DNA of 64,000 nucleotides from Gammaproteobacteria bacterium (GTDB lineage Bacteria; Pseudomonadota; Gammaproteobacteria; CAJXQU01): NCBI GenBank assembly GCA_965238175.1, contig CBDEGZ010000003.1, positions 3,136,001 to 3,200,000 of the forward strand, read 5' to 3'. Shown piece by piece: positions 51,701 to 60,408 of this stretch (position 1 is its first letter; each line of letters starts with the position of its first letter). The notes under the pieces were generated by a model. It saw only the letters and a program-made list of their open reading frames with translations, ran no database searches and was not told where the DNA came from. The position numbers and the translations under genes were made by a program.

Positions 51701-53467
51701 ATCGCTTTGGGCGCCGCTGGTGACATTGGTGCGGTTGCCTACATCATCATAGCTAAAGACTTTATTGCCGTATTGGCCGTCTGCATCAATGAGTCGGCTG
51801 AGTCCATCGTAGTCCAGCGTTTGGCTATTGTTGGCATTGAGGTTGTTGGTGAGGGTTTTGATGTTGTTGGCTTCATCATAATCATAACTCTGGTTGATAA
51901 CGCTGCCTTGTGTGTTGTTGGTGAGGCGGTAGTCAAGGTCATATTGTTGGGCTTTGCTGAGCCCGTTGCCATAATCTAGATCGGTCATCGGGCCAAAGGG
52001 CGCATAGCTGATGTTGCTGGCGAGGGTGTTGGTCGCGCCGTCTTCGGTCAAGCTGACGCTGGTTATCTGGTTGATGGTGTTGTAGGTGTATTGAATTTCA
52101 CGGCCACTTGGGTAGATGATGTTGGTCAGTTGGTCGGCACTGTTGTAGCTAAACTCAAAGGTCGATGGAATAGTATCGATGGTGACGGTTTTGATCGTGA
52201 GGTTGCCACGTTTGTCGTAGGCGTAGTTGGTGCTGCCACTGGCGTCAGTCATGCGGGTTAGGCGGCCGATGCCATTTTGTTGGTTGTTGTTTTCGTCATA
52301 GGTGTAGATGACATTGAGGCTGCTATCACCGGGATAGGTCACACTGGTGAGTCGGTTTAGTGCATCGTAATTGTAGTTTGTGGTGATGCTTCTGGCATCA
52401 GTTTGGCTTTTACGGTTGCCAGCACTGTCATAGGTGTAGGTGGTGGTGCCGGTGTCTGGACTGTCAAGTGTGAGCAAGTCACCCAGGGCGTTGTAGGTGT
52501 AGTTCGTCTCCAGGCCTTCTGGATCGGTGACTTTGACTAGCTGATCTAACGCGTTGTAGTCGTAGGTGGTGGTGACATCATCGGTTCCGTTACCGGCAAT
52601 GCGGATCTGGGTGACTTCAACCAGTCGATTGAGCGCATCGTAAAGGGACTGGTTGGTGTTGTTGACGGTCAGTGGATCGACGGTTTTTGCCGCAGCAATA
52701 TCACTGCCGGTATTTCTGGGATCGGTCATGGCGGTCTGGTTGCCATTTAGGTCATAGGTGTATCGTGTCAGTTGTCCTTGTCCGCCAATCAATAGCAGTA
52801 ATTGACTGAGTTGATCGTATTCACGTTCTAGTTTTCTTTTAATACTGCCGGCATTATTTTTGGTTTCTTCTTTGGTGCGGTTTCCCATTAAGTCAAGGGT
52901 GTAATGGATTGTGTTACCGTGGTTGTCGGTGATATCGGTCAGGCGATGGGCGGCATCGTAGGTGTAGTTGATATGCGCGGTGGTGGGTAGGGTCAGTTTT
53001 GTTAGTTGTCCAACATTGTCGTAATCAAAATCGGTGGTATTGCCATCTACTGTTCGACTGGTTAGCCAGCCTCTTGGGTGGTAGGTCAGTGTTGTGATTG
53101 AACCATTTGGATCGGTAATCGTTTGTGGTCGGCCATTGGCGTCATGATTGGAGAAGGTGGTCTCATGGCCTAAGGCATTAGTGACTTTGGTTAGGTTGCC
53201 GGTGGTTGCATCGTAATCATTGGTGGTGATGTCATTAACATCGGTGCGAGGGCCATTGATGGTTTTGATCTGTTTGGTGGTCGCATCGTAGGTGTAGCTT
53301 GTGCTTCGGGTGGCGGCATCGACCGGTTGACTGATAATTGTCAGGGGCACTATCAATGTGACCAAAAGGCGAAGCGTCATACGTAAGAATGTCGGTGTTG
53401 TCTTCATGGTTTTTTCTTCTCTGGTGCGCAATATGACGTCATTAATTGTTAGTTTATTCAATTTCAT
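48770..53467 (-). CDS. Split-Rhs piece B: signal peptide + YD-repeat shell + tandem adhesin-like domains
   Basis: MKTTPTFLRMTLRLLVTLIVPLTIISQPVDA signal (ATG 53407), INGPRTDV, YD repeats to EYIFLNG, then 4 golvesin-C-like and 3 Ig/PKD-like domains; no Rhs core. Confidence 0.9.
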   Translation of the reverse strand: MKLNKLTINDVILRTREEKTMKTTPTFLRMTLRLLVTLIVPLTIISQPVDAATRSTSYTYDATTKQIKTINGPRTDVNDITTNDYDATTGNLTKVTNALGHETTFSNHDANGRPQTITDPNGSITTLTYHPRGWLTSRTVDGNTTDFDYDNVGQLTKLTLPTTAHINYTYDAAHRLTDITDNHGNTIHYTLDLMGNRTKEETKNNAGSIKRKLEREYDQLSQLLLLIGGQGQLTRYTYDLNGNQTAMTDPRNTGSDIAAAKTVDPLTVNNTNQSLYDALNRLVEVTQIRIAGNGTDDVTTTYDYNALDQLVKVTDPEGLETNYTYNALGDLLTLDSPDTGTTTYTYDSAGNRKSQTDARSITTNYNYDALNRLTSVTYPGDSSLNVIYTYDENNNQQNGIGRLTRMTDASGSTNYAYDKRGNLTIKTVTIDTIPSTFEFSYNSADQLTNIIYPSGREIQYTYNTINQITSVSLTEDGATNTLASNISYAPFGPMTDLDYGNGLSKAQQYDLDYRLTNNTQGSVINQSYDYDEANNIKTLTNNLNANNSQTLDYDGLSRLIDADGQYGNKVFSYDDVGNRTNVTSGAQSDTYNYVPNTHRLDQITGSNTAQYSYDNNGNITNHPESNFTYGAHNRISSADTNTYTYNGYGERVKKAGATTLYFDYGPDGALLAERDDTGDSIKEYIFLNGTLLAQLSGADNPPVNVNVDDIIVDNSDSNTESQGNWQSSGSSPTYLNTSRGSDWLNGNGYFKWISNVATAGTYKVSVWFTHNSSRPSAAEYVIHHAGGNTSVTVAQNDPALGGHFTELTGTYTFNAGSGGYIQLNSNTTGNFSADAIKLEYVGGGNPPPPNTEPVVTISSPVANSSVTSGTNVTFTATATDAEDGNVGASLVWTSDKDGQIGTNGSFSTSSLSENTHLITATATDSGNSTDTDNITITVTGTGGGGNVTDIIVDNSDSNTESQGNWSSSGSSPTYLNTSRGSDWLNGNGYFKWTPTVATAGTYKVSVWFTHNSSRPSAAEYVIHHAGGNTSVTVAQNDPALGGHFTELTGTYTFNTGSGGYIQLNSNTTGNFSADAIKLEYVGGGNPPPPNAEPVVTISSPVANSSVTSGTNVTFTATATDAEDGNVGASLVWTSDKDGQIGTNGSFSTSSLSENTHLITATATDSGNSTDTDNITITVTGTGGGGNVTDIIVDNSDSNTTSQGNWQSSGSSPTYLNTSRGSDWLNGNGHFKWTPTVVTTGTYKVSVWFTHNSSRPSAAEYVIHHAGGNTSVTVAQNDPALGGHFTELTGTYTFNTGSGGYIQLNSNTTGNFSADAIKLEYVGGGNPPPPNTEPVVTISSPVANSSVTSGTNVTFTATATDAEDGNVGASLVWTSDKDGQIGTNGSFSTSSLSENTHLITATATDSGNSTDTDNITITVTGTGGGGNVTDIIVDNSDSNTTSQGNWQSSGSSPTYLNTSRGSDWLNGNGHFKWTPTVVTTGTYKVSVWFTHNSSRPSAAEYVIHHAGGNTSVIVAQNDPALGGHFTELTGTYTFNAGSGGYIQLNSNTTGNFSADAIKLEYVGGGN
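48773..51343 (-). repeat. 720-bp near-identical tandem repeats (~3.5 units)
   Basis: Period of 720 seen in recurring antisense ORFs (49137/49857; 49518/50238/50958). Confidence 0.95.
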
Positions 53468-55527
53468 GTGTTTGGCGTCTCCACGGTTTGGGTTTGGAGA
53501 CGGCCTTGGGAGTCGTAGCTGTTAATGGTTTTTTTAACCAGCGTGTTAGCGGTGTCGTATACCTCTATGACTTCAGGAACCCGAAAGCTTGTGTGCCATT
53601 GGGTGATTGTTTTACGTTGTTGAGGTGTCCCTGATGCTTCAATACGTTCTTCTACCAGTCCACGTGTGTTATAGGTGTAAGTCGTCTGATTACCTTTCCA
53701 GTCGGTGGTGCTTGATAGGTAACCGTTCGCATCATAAGTTCGATCTACGATTTGGCGATTAGGACAACTTAAACATCGATCGCCGGTAACCTCTTTCACA
53801 CGTGAAGAACCATTGACGGTTTCGAAGGTATAGGTATGCGTTCCACCAAGGGGATCGAGGACGGTTGTTGTGCCGTCATTGTTGTAGGTAAAGGTAACCG
53901 CTTCGGTGTCTAGCGCATGCTTGGATAAAATTGCACGACCTTTATTGTCATAGTCCCAAGTGGCAAAGCGATCACCATTTTCATCAATAATGCCGGTTAG
54001 TTTATGAGGTTGGTTAGGCTTGTCATAAACATAACGACGTTCTTGATTATCAGGGTATGTCACTGAGCTTAAATTGCCATTGACACTTGTTTGATATTGC
54101 AATATTCCATCAGGTGTCGTGACGGATCGAAGATAACCTTGGGCGTTATAGGTAAAGCGCAGTTCTCTTCCGAATGGGCCGGTTACCCGATCCAGGGTGT
54201 TGGGATTATCATCACCGTTGCTACCTGAAGGCAACGTATACTCAAGTGTCTGCACCAAACCTGCTCGATTGGTAATACTGAGCAATTTACCGTCACTATC
54301 GTACTCTTCAATTGTGTCGTTACTGTCTGTGAATCGCCACCCATTTGTTAGCTGTTCGAGTTTAATTGTCTCATTGGTGTAGCTTGTCCAAACACCACCA
54401 TTTTTTTCAAAAAAGAGCTGACTGCCATTTGCTCTGTTAACGGTCATCGTGTTTGATTGTTCCAATAAATCGAGATAACTATTGGCCGAGTTCGTCAGTG
54501 ATGACGGATGACTTGATCGGATCGTCATCATGGTAACTGTTTGACCACCACTTGACACTTTGCAGCTTTCTCCTTGCAAACTGGCGGTCGCAGATGAAAA
54601 CTGCCCACCAAACACAGTGCCTTTTAAGTCATTCCAACCCATAATGCAGGCATCCTGAGCAGAGCTGTAAAGACTCGATCGATCTACCAGTGTTGTACTT
54701 GATGCTAGGACATTTGGCATATTTAGTTGTTGCGATTCTGCCCGACGTTCTATAGGTGCTTCACCGAGGGTGCGTGAATAAGTATGACGCCATCCCATCG
54801 CCACATACTCCGCATTTTTTGTACTGCCCTGACTGTTGTAATAGCGACTAAAATGCAAGCCATTGGAAACACTTGAGGTATAGTCTGTTTCGGTCTGAAA
54901 TTTATTACCGGTTGCCGCATTACAAGGGTTGCCATCTCGTGGCGTGTTACATTGTTTTTCTGGTGGGTTTAATTCGACATAGAATCCTTTGGTGAAGCTT
55001 CTCTCACATTGAGTACTTCTTCCTAGGTAATAGTCTGTAGGACAAAATATCGCGCTTTGCACCCAATTTTGACCAAGCCAATCTGGAGTTTGGTTAAGAA
55101 TCGTCCCACTAGAAGCATAATTCGTGACAAGATATAGGCAGTCACATTCACTTCCGGGAACACATGAACCCGTTGCTCGTGGGTTCTCACGAACGATAGC
55201 CCCCGATCCTGGAACGTATGGAGGAGAGACCGAAGATGCACAGGCTGCTTGATGCGATTCCAGGAAAGCTCCACCGATGGCAAAGTGGGTATGCCGAAAT
55301 TTCTCAACAGAAGGAATTGTTATATAAACCACCCCATTAACTTCTGTTGTCTCTGCCTGGACAGGCGGATTGACACTTGTGAATAGAACAAGGAAGCATA
55401 AAGCAGTATGCTGAATAAATGCTTGGCTAAAAAAAGTAGATCGCTTATTCAATGCTGTTCTCCGGCATAGTTTTGTAATTTTAAAGAGAGGATGTGAAAA
55501 TTTTGTAATTTGAGATTCATTGCCCAA
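53464..55527 (-). CDS. Split-Rhs piece A: signal-like N-terminus + Cys-rich domain + DUF6531 + first YD repeats
   Basis: ALCFLVLFTSVNPPVQA|E; GNPCNAATGNKFQTETDY…FSRYYNS…GWRHTY; LTGIIDENG; ATGA overlap with piece B. Confidence 0.88.
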   Translation of the reverse strand: MGNESQITKFSHPLFKITKLCRRTALNKRSTFFSQAFIQHTALCFLVLFTSVNPPVQAETTEVNGVVYITIPSVEKFRHTHFAIGGAFLESHQAACASSVSPPYVPGSGAIVRENPRATGSCVPGSECDCLYLVTNYASSGTILNQTPDWLGQNWVQSAIFCPTDYYLGRSTQCERSFTKGFYVELNPPEKQCNTPRDGNPCNAATGNKFQTETDYTSSVSNGLHFSRYYNSQGSTKNAEYVAMGWRHTYSRTLGEAPIERRAESQQLNMPNVLASSTTLVDRSSLYSSAQDACIMGWNDLKGTVFGGQFSSATASLQGESCKVSSGGQTVTMMTIRSSHPSSLTNSANSYLDLLEQSNTMTVNRANGSQLFFEKNGGVWTSYTNETIKLEQLTNGWRFTDSNDTIEEYDSDGKLLSITNRAGLVQTLEYTLPSGSNGDDNPNTLDRVTGPFGRELRFTYNAQGYLRSVTTPDGILQYQTSVNGNLSSVTYPDNQERRYVYDKPNQPHKLTGIIDENGDRFATWDYDNKGRAILSKHALDTEAVTFTYNNDGTTTVLDPLGGTHTYTFETVNGSSRVKEVTGDRCLSCPNRQIVDRTYDANGYLSSTTDWKGNQTTYTYNTRGLVEERIEASGTPQQRKTITQWHTSFRVPEVIEVYDTANTLVKKTINSYDSQGRLQTQTVETPNT

Positions 55528-55706
55528 AGTGAAGTTATTACCGTTAAAAAAACAACACGGTTAACCGCATAAAGATTACTAACAACGAGCAGTAAAAATA
55601 ACCCCACTGCAAAAGAATATTGTCTGAGCACAATCTCGTTAGATTGTGGCGTTTTAAAGAGCAAAGTTGATTTTATTACTGTGGCAAGATGGCAAAAAGT
55701 CATCAA
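55449..55706 (-). CDS. Small hydrophobic upstream ORF with strong RBS, out of frame with piece A
   Basis: AAGGAGG just upstream of TTG/ATG; contains T-TTT-TTA (A7 at 55546-55552 on the plus strand). Confidence 0.35.
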   Translation of the reverse strand: MMTFCHLATVIKSTLLFKTPQSNEIVLRQYSFAVGLFLLLVVSNLYAVNRVVFLTVITSLWAMNLKLQNFHILSLKLQNYAGEQH

Positions 55707-55812
55707 AGAGCCCTCCTTCGTTGATTATTTAAAACCCGTCAAGCTCTGAATTAAAACAGTATTATTTTTTTCAGGTGTGGATGCTAGCGTAATACATTAC
55801 GGATAATGTTGT

Positions 55813-55828
55813 TGTGACATTTCTCACA
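55813..55828. promoter_or_regulatory. CRP-type site upstream of the split-Rhs operon
   Basis: TGTGA-CATTTC-TCACA. Confidence 0.55.
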
Positions 55829-56050
55829 AACTGTTGTAAAACAATGTAAAGAAACTAATTTGAGTAAGAGCCTATGTAACCTGCTGCTGAGTATCTTTGC
55901 GCCAGGATATTTACAACAGTGGGTAAAGGGTTAACTCTATTGAGTGCTAGCTAGTTTTTGATCTGTACTTGAATCACAGATCGTTATGATCTGATCGGGC
56001 AACAGGCTTTTCGTTTTAGTTCTATTGCTTATCGAGTTGGGGTTAACTAT

Positions 56051-56095
56051 TTGAACCTACGTAACCTTCAAAATTATTTTTTATCAACGGCTCTA
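56051..56095 (+). repeat. Dispersed repeat A, copy 2
   Basis: Same blocks as 34130-34188 with a shorter spacer. Confidence 0.7.
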
Positions 56096-56128
56096 GATAA
56101 ATTGAGACTTTGTGATTAGAAATTGATT

Positions 56129-56827
56129 TTAATATAGGCGGTAAACTCGTTCGCTTAAACTCGTTAAACCTTTTTTTTTGAATCGATCATTTTCTTCCAG
56201 GATCCTTTGTTCATTTAGTTTTTCTATCTGGTACTTGCTTGCGTATAAGTCGTTTATTTCTTGTGCGGAAACAGAAAAAGGTGGCCCATTCATTTCTTCT
56301 TGAGGATATTCCAATGTGATCAGGAGTGTTTGTGCGTTCTTAGATAAAATTTCTTTTAGGTGAACACTGTATTGCTGTCGTAATTCGGCAGGTAATGCGA
56401 TCAGCGATGCTCGATCATAAACTGCAGATACAAATCTGAGATCTGCACTTGTCAGTGAAAAAAAATCACCACAGAGTATGGTGAGATCAGAAAACCTGTA
56501 ACACTTAAAGGGTTCCTTGCCTGTATTTTTCTCAGTAATCTCGGGTTCAAGCTGATTTTCTGTAAAGAATTCTTCAACAGCTTTATTACTGAGTTCTACC
56601 CCTAAGACTTTGTAGCCTTGTTCAAGCAGCCACAACATATCATTACTCTTACCACACAGTGGAACAAAAACCTGAGCATCAGGTGGGATCTGTATCTTTT
56701 GCCACCAAGTAGTGAGGTTTTTGTTGATCTCCTCTTGATGAAATCCAGTTTCGCTTTTTTGCCAACGTTCTTTCCAAAATTTTGACCAGTATCCCGAATC
56801 AGTTTTAGAGGTAAATTCTTGATCCAT
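56129..56827 (-). CDS. tpm: Thiopurine S-methyltransferase
   Basis: GFHQ, VFVPLCGKS-x-D, GVELS, YDRASLIALP, GPPFSV. Confidence 0.93.
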   Translation of the reverse strand: MDQEFTSKTDSGYWSKFWKERWQKSETGFHQEEINKNLTTWWQKIQIPPDAQVFVPLCGKSNDMLWLLEQGYKVLGVELSNKAVEEFFTENQLEPEITEKNTGKEPFKCYRFSDLTILCGDFFSLTSADLRFVSAVYDRASLIALPAELRQQYSVHLKEILSKNAQTLLITLEYPQEEMNGPPFSVSAQEINDLYASKYQIEKLNEQRILEENDRFKKKGLTSLSERVYRLY

Positions 56828-57011
56828 TTTATCTATTACGCATTTAAGAATTGAAGGTGGAGTTTATCAGGATTTTTTTTATCAGAAAAAATCGCTTGCG
56901 GTCTTTACCCACTTATATGCTTATAAGTGTTTGTTTTGATATTCTTGTCGAAAATAATGTCCAATCAACGTTATAATGCCGCTTTTTAAGATCTGACAGG
57001 TAAATCGTCAA

Positions 57012-57335
57012 ATGACATTTGTAATAACTGAAGAATGCATTAAATGTAAATACACCGATTGTGTTGAAGTCTGCCCAGTAGATTGCTTCCACGAAGGGCC
57101 TAATATGCTGGTCATTGACCCAGATGAGTGTATTGATTGTACGTTATGCGAACCGGAGTGTCCGGTCGATGCGATCAAGTCTGAGGATGATCTGACCGAT
57201 GCAGAAATGCCATTTCTCGCTTTGAACGAAGAGCTTTCTAAAGGATGGCCGGTGATCAATGAAGCCAAAGAGCCACCAGCAGATGCTGACGATTGGAAAG
57301 ATATAAAAGACAAGCGCGACAAGCTAGAACGGTAA
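57012..57335 (+). CDS. fdxA: 7Fe ferredoxin (FdxA type)
   Basis: [18 protein letters not shown]…[12 protein letters not shown]. Confidence 0.93.
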   Translation: MTFVITEECIKCKYTDCVEVCPVDCFHEGPNMLVIDPDECIDCTLCEPECPVDAIKSEDDLTDAEMPFLALNEELSKGWPVINEAKEPPADADDWKDIKDKRDKLER

Positions 57336-57381
57336 TATTTGATCATAGAAAAGTTACTCGCTTAACAACATCATTCTAATT

Positions 57382-57416
57382 AAAGTTTCGTCTTCCTCTC
57401 TGGAGGGCGAAACTTC
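57382..57416 (+). terminator. Probable terminator hairpin after fdxA
   Basis: AAGTTTCGTCTTCC…GGAGGGCGAAACTT stem. Confidence 0.45.
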
Positions 57417-57585
57417 TCTAGATAGTCACAAATGTGTTCTCTAAAAACAGAAGTTCATTTTTACTTCTGTTTCCTAAATCCATTAGACATTCCTACCAAA
57501 TTTGCTCAGAATAGCTTGATAATAATTTGACGGCCTACAATGATCATCATGTGGCCAGAGCCAGTATAAATAATAGCTAATGTAA

Positions 57586-57939
<354 letters not shown>

Positions 57940-57978
57940 AACTCAAAAAACAACAATAAAAAGTTTATGATCTGGTAA

Positions 57979-58234
57979 ATGATTACAAATTTAATTTTTA
58001 AAACACTCACATTAGTTAACTCGCCTTTTACCTGTTTGTATACTTCGCGGACAAACTGAACCTAGCTAATACAGCATGGATACTCACCTTAACTGCCACG
58101 TGGATTTTACTGAAAGTTCTTGATGCTTTAATTGGTATTCTAGTCACTCCTGAATAAGGATACGATGGATTGGATATTTCTGGGCACGAAGAACTCACAA
58201 ATATATTATTTAACTCGGATTTTTCAATTCCATA
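57979..58234 (+). pseudogene. amtB: Collapsed ammonium transporter pseudogene
   Basis: From 58047 reads ADKLNLANTAWILTLTA|TWILLKVLDALIGILVTPE*GYDGLDISGHEE: AmtB first-helix motif joined to the last helix and tail. Confidence 0.75.
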
Positions 58235-58363
58235 GCCTAGCTTAGTCAATCAAGTGTGTGCCTTTTTGGCCGATAACTAACACATATGTAGACATATTTA
58301 TGTTAGATCTAGAGTATGTTTGTCCCTGTTTAGTTACAAGTTACACTACGAAAAGGATTTCAA

Positions 58364-59860
58364 ATGGGCGTCGCTGCGGAAAAAGTTCAAGCAATTCAAT
58401 CTGAAGAAACAACGAATTCCGCAACTACCGCTCAGATCAGATCTCTAGTTAATCTGGTTCAAAACAAACCTTTACCTATTTTTAGTCAAACTCGAGAAAA
58501 TCTGAAGAGGTTTGATGGCAAACCTAGTTCATCAATCCCACAAATCGTACAAGTCCTACGTTTGGATCCATGCTTTGCACATGAAATTTTTGTCAATGCA
58601 AATGCAGGTTTAGCGAAGAGTAAACGAGCACCTGCAGCAACCCTGAATCATGCAATATTGGTTCTAGGCGTCCCTTATGTGCTTAATCTGGGAAAAGAGC
58701 TTCCTCTGATTTCTGATCAAAAAGATGCGATGAGCAAAACCAGAATCCTTCAAATTTTATCACGCTCTTATCATGCCGGAATTCAAGCAAAAGAATGGAT
58801 GTTTGAATATAGTAAGTCCTCTGCAGAAACAGCCTTTATTACAGCACAAATGAGTCATCTGTATTTAGCCAGTCTTTGGTACTACGCCCCAGATAAAATG
58901 TCTGCATTGATAAAATCAAAATCACAGACAGATCTCTTTGATCAAGATGGGTTACTTTCTCAAGTAGGTAAAATGCTAGCTAAGCAATGGCGCTTTTCTG
59001 AATTGCTACAAGAAAGCCTGGATCAAAATTCAGATTCCAGCAGATTGGTTGATGTTGTTCAATTTTCAAATAATGTTGCTCGTCTTGCCGAGAGTGGTTG
59101 GTTTTCAAAACCAATGGAGAATTTATTCGCAAATTCATCAACAATTCTAGACATTCCAGAAGATGTTTTAATCCAGCTTACTCATAATAATTCTGTGATT
59201 GCTGCACGTGAAACTACCTTTTACGCCGTTAAACCGGCCGCATGTCGACTACTTAGCACTGAACGTGATGATATTAAAAAAATAGCAAAAAAAGCCACAC
59301 ACAAAGTAATGACGCCTAAACGAAAAAAATCGGCCGTTGTTACAGAGAAAAAAACCTCATCAAAACTCCAGGTTGGATTACAAAAACTGGCATTGCTAGG
59401 TAAAAACAAAGCACCTGTTCGAGAAATTCTAAGCTCAAGTTTTGAGCTTATTTCTGAAATTTCTGATAATAACCCAATAGCATTTTTCTTATTAAACAAA
59501 AATAAATCTGTCTTGAAGTCACGCTTTTGGGCAAATTTTTCAGATCAGAACAAAACGATTTTAATTGATGTTGATAAAAATAATATTTTTAAATCACTAA
59601 TAAAAAAACCAAGCTCTATTTATATAAATTCACAATCCCGAGAGAAATATAAATCGCTATTACCCTCTGGTTTATCCGTAGACATTCATAATCAAGACTT
59701 TATTGCTTTCTCGCTTTTTGTAGATACAAAACCTATCGGTGTTTTCTATTATCAAAACAGTAATAGCTCTCCCATTACAACTCAAATTTACAAACAATTT
59801 ATTTTGGTCTGCAAAACGACCAAGATTGTATTCGAAGAGGTTAATACACATGCAAAATAA
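58364..59860 (+). CDS. HDOD-domain protein with C-terminal GAF-like region
   Basis: LPIFSQT, LDP, TL-x-HAILVLG, LAKQW-x-FS; C-terminal KPIGVFY. Confidence 0.7.
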   Translation: MGVAAEKVQAIQSEETTNSATTAQIRSLVNLVQNKPLPIFSQTRENLKRFDGKPSSSIPQIVQVLRLDPCFAHEIFVNANAGLAKSKRAPAATLNHAILVLGVPYVLNLGKELPLISDQKDAMSKTRILQILSRSYHAGIQAKEWMFEYSKSSAETAFITAQMSHLYLASLWYYAPDKMSALIKSKSQTDLFDQDGLLSQVGKMLAKQWRFSELLQESLDQNSDSSRLVDVVQFSNNVARLAESGWFSKPMENLFANSSTILDIPEDVLIQLTHNNSVIAARETTFYAVKPAACRLLSTERDDIKKIAKKATHKVMTPKRKKSAVVTEKKTSSKLQVGLQKLALLGKNKAPVREILSSSFELISEISDNNPIAFFLLNKNKSVLKSRFWANFSDQNKTILIDVDKNNIFKSLIKKPSSIYINSQSREKYKSLLPSGLSVDIHNQDFIAFSLFVDTKPIGVFYYQNSNSSPITTQIYKQFILVCKTTKIVFEEVNTHAK

Positions 59861-60299
59861 TCTAACTAAAATTTTCATTACTACACTTCTCTTTTTAATC
59901 TCCAATATTGTCTTTGGCGGTGGGGTTTATAAGTGGACAGATTCTGATGGAAATATACATTATGGTGATCAACCTATCGATACTGCTGAAGAAATCAAGA
60001 TCCAGCCATACCAAAAACCAGACAAAATAAACCTGGCAGACGAACAAAAGCGTGATCGCTTATTAGATGTTTACGAGGAAGATCGTCAGGAAAAGAGCTC
60101 GAAAAGAGCATCTACAACAGAAGAAAAGATAGCTCAAAAGGAAAAGTGCTCAAACGCAGAAAAATCCTTACAGCAGTATCAAACGGCTGGCTACTTATAC
60201 AAATTGGATGAGAAAGGTGAACGCGTCGTACTTGACGATAAAGAACACGCTGTTGCAGTAAAATCTGCCGAACATGCAGTTGAACAATATTGCAGGTAA
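59850..60299 (+). CDS. DUF4124-domain exported protein
   Basis: Signal peptide then VYKWTD-x-x-G-x-x-HYGD-x-P. Confidence 0.85.
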   Translation: MQNNLTKIFITTLLFLISNIVFGGGVYKWTDSDGNIHYGDQPIDTAEEIKIQPYQKPDKINLADEQKRDRLLDVYEEDRQEKSSKRASTTEEKIAQKEKCSNAEKSLQQYQTAGYLYKLDEKGERVVLDDKEHAVAVKSAEHAVEQYCR

Positions 60300-60408
60300 T
60301 CTACCAACTTTTTAGCTATGCTCCAATCCTTCCGAAGAGAAAATAAAAAGTGTAGCATCAATAGTTTTTCTGGATCACTCTAACAATGACCAAATTGCAA
60401 AAAAAAGT

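Noticed and set aside
57008-57346. 112-aa minus-strand ORF
   Set aside because: Antisense to the clear fdxA gene.
58028-58249. 73-aa minus-strand ORF
   Set aside because: Antisense to the amtB relic.
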